Below are positions 63,610-64,000 of a DNA stretch of 64,000 nt, one piece after another. A program made the translations under genes and the position numbers. Under the pieces are notes generated by a model. That model was not told the origin of the DNA and made no database searches. It worked only from the letters and a program-made list of their open reading frames with translations. This DNA is from an uncultured SAR116 cluster alpha proteobacterium (lineage in GTDB: Bacteria; Pseudomonadota; Alphaproteobacteria; Puniceispirillales; Marisalimonadaceae): contig CACMNV010000004.1 of assembly GCA_902615025.1 (NCBI GenBank), positions 9,242 to 73,241 on the forward strand, written 5' to 3'. Position 1 is the stretch's first letter. Every line of letters begins with the position of its first letter.

Positions 63610-63692
63610 TTTATTCTTATAACAGTTAAGTAAAATTATGATATGGATTTAATCAATTTGATTTTAAAAAATTAAAGATTTAAATAATTAAG

Positions 63693-64000
63693 TTAACTTA
63701 AAGTTGATATCAATTGATAAGCACCTATTTCTGCTTCACTAAAAATACTTTTTGCATCGTCCATTAAAAATACTGCATCATTTCCATTAGTGAATTCTAA
63801 ATATAAACAATTAGAAAACTTTTTGTCCTTACCTCTCAAGCTTTCTTCTTTAGATATTTGAAAATCTTTAATTTCTTTAGATTCCCAAATTTCGGAATAT
63901 ACTTGATTAATATTTTTAATGTTTTTTTGAAAATTAATTAAATTTTCAACTTCAATTTTATCTCTTATAGCAATAATTAAACAAAATGCTCCCCTTAGAC
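63693..64000 (-). CDS. hypothetical protein (partial; N-terminus beyond the right edge)
   Basis: Manual minus-strand translation, open from the window edge to TAA at 63695-63693: ...LRGAFCLIIAIRDKIEVENLINFQKNIKNINQVYSEIWESKEIKDFQISKEESLRGKDKKFSNCLYLEFTNGNDAVFLMDDAKSIFSEAEIGAYQLISTLS*. I do not recognise the family. Confidence 0.4.
   Translation of the reverse strand, partial: LRGAFCLIIAIRDKIEVENLINFQKNIKNINQVYSEIWESKEIKDFQISKEESLRGKDKKFSNCLYLEFTNGNDAVFLMDDAKSIFSEAEIGAYQLISTLS

Noticed and set aside
1-64000. Mobile-element, CRISPR, tRNA/rRNA or defence-system content that would mark this catabolic region as a horizontally acquired island
   Set aside because: I found no integrase, transposase or recombinase-like ORFs and no direct-repeat arrays. 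No spacer is long enough to hold a tRNA except those examined (35353-35548, 41019-41300, 57637-57794, 39293-39408), and none folds into a cloverleaf by eye. No abrupt compositional shift is visible.

Overview
AT-rich (about 30% GC by eye), very gene-dense window with about 75 CDS. Most spacers are under 50 bp, and many genes overlap by 4-11 nt, including convergent pairs that share stop-codon nucleotides. I found no tRNA or rRNA genes, CRISPR arrays, transposases, integrases or phage genes. This style fits a streamlined marine alphaproteobacterium (SAR11/Pelagibacterales-like; inference only).

Carboxylate and aromatic catabolism with dedicated binding-protein-dependent secondary transporters dominates the content:
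(i) 1-11.8 kb: an Ict/Ich/Ccl-type C5-dicarboxylyl-CoA (itaconate/mesaconate-like) island. It carries two MmgE/PrpD paralogs, an acyl-CoA dehydrogenase, an amidase and a TRAP system.
(ii) 12.0-18.6 kb: a tightly coupled seven-gene operon of unknown pathway. Members are a ThDP enzyme, a Pro1 tautomerase-like protein, two crotonases, a PcaB-like lyase, a PaaI thioesterase and a family III CoA-transferase.
(iii) pobA plus a second TRAP system.
(iv) 23.6-32.2 kb: two extradiol dioxygenases, an MhpA-like hydroxylase, a TauD/TfdA dioxygenase, tctCBA and a third PrpD paralog.
(v) A Baeyer-Villiger monooxygenase and pcaHG.
(vi) A housekeeping/miscellaneous stretch: hpt, cutA, bactofilin, SCO1, a ModA-like protein, MOSC, a GAF-adenylate cyclase, pseudoazurin and azlCD.
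(vii) 54-61 kb: a QsuB/QuiC-type 3-dehydroshikimate dehydratase coupled to a Gfo/Idh/MocA oxidoreductase, the only DNA-binding regulator I could recognise (GntR family), and a GcvT/DmdA-like THF-dependent demethylase next to an MTHFR-family gene.

Most notable points:
- Protocatechuate-forming and ring-opening genes are present, but canonical pcaC/D/IJ/F are absent from the window.
- The dehydroshikimate dehydratase can only start at an ATT codon.
- There are three PrpD paralogs, each next to a transporter.
- Several unannotated small membrane ORFs and repeated or palindromic motifs sit in the few long spacers.

All functional calls come from reading the translated ORFs by eye. No database search was run.
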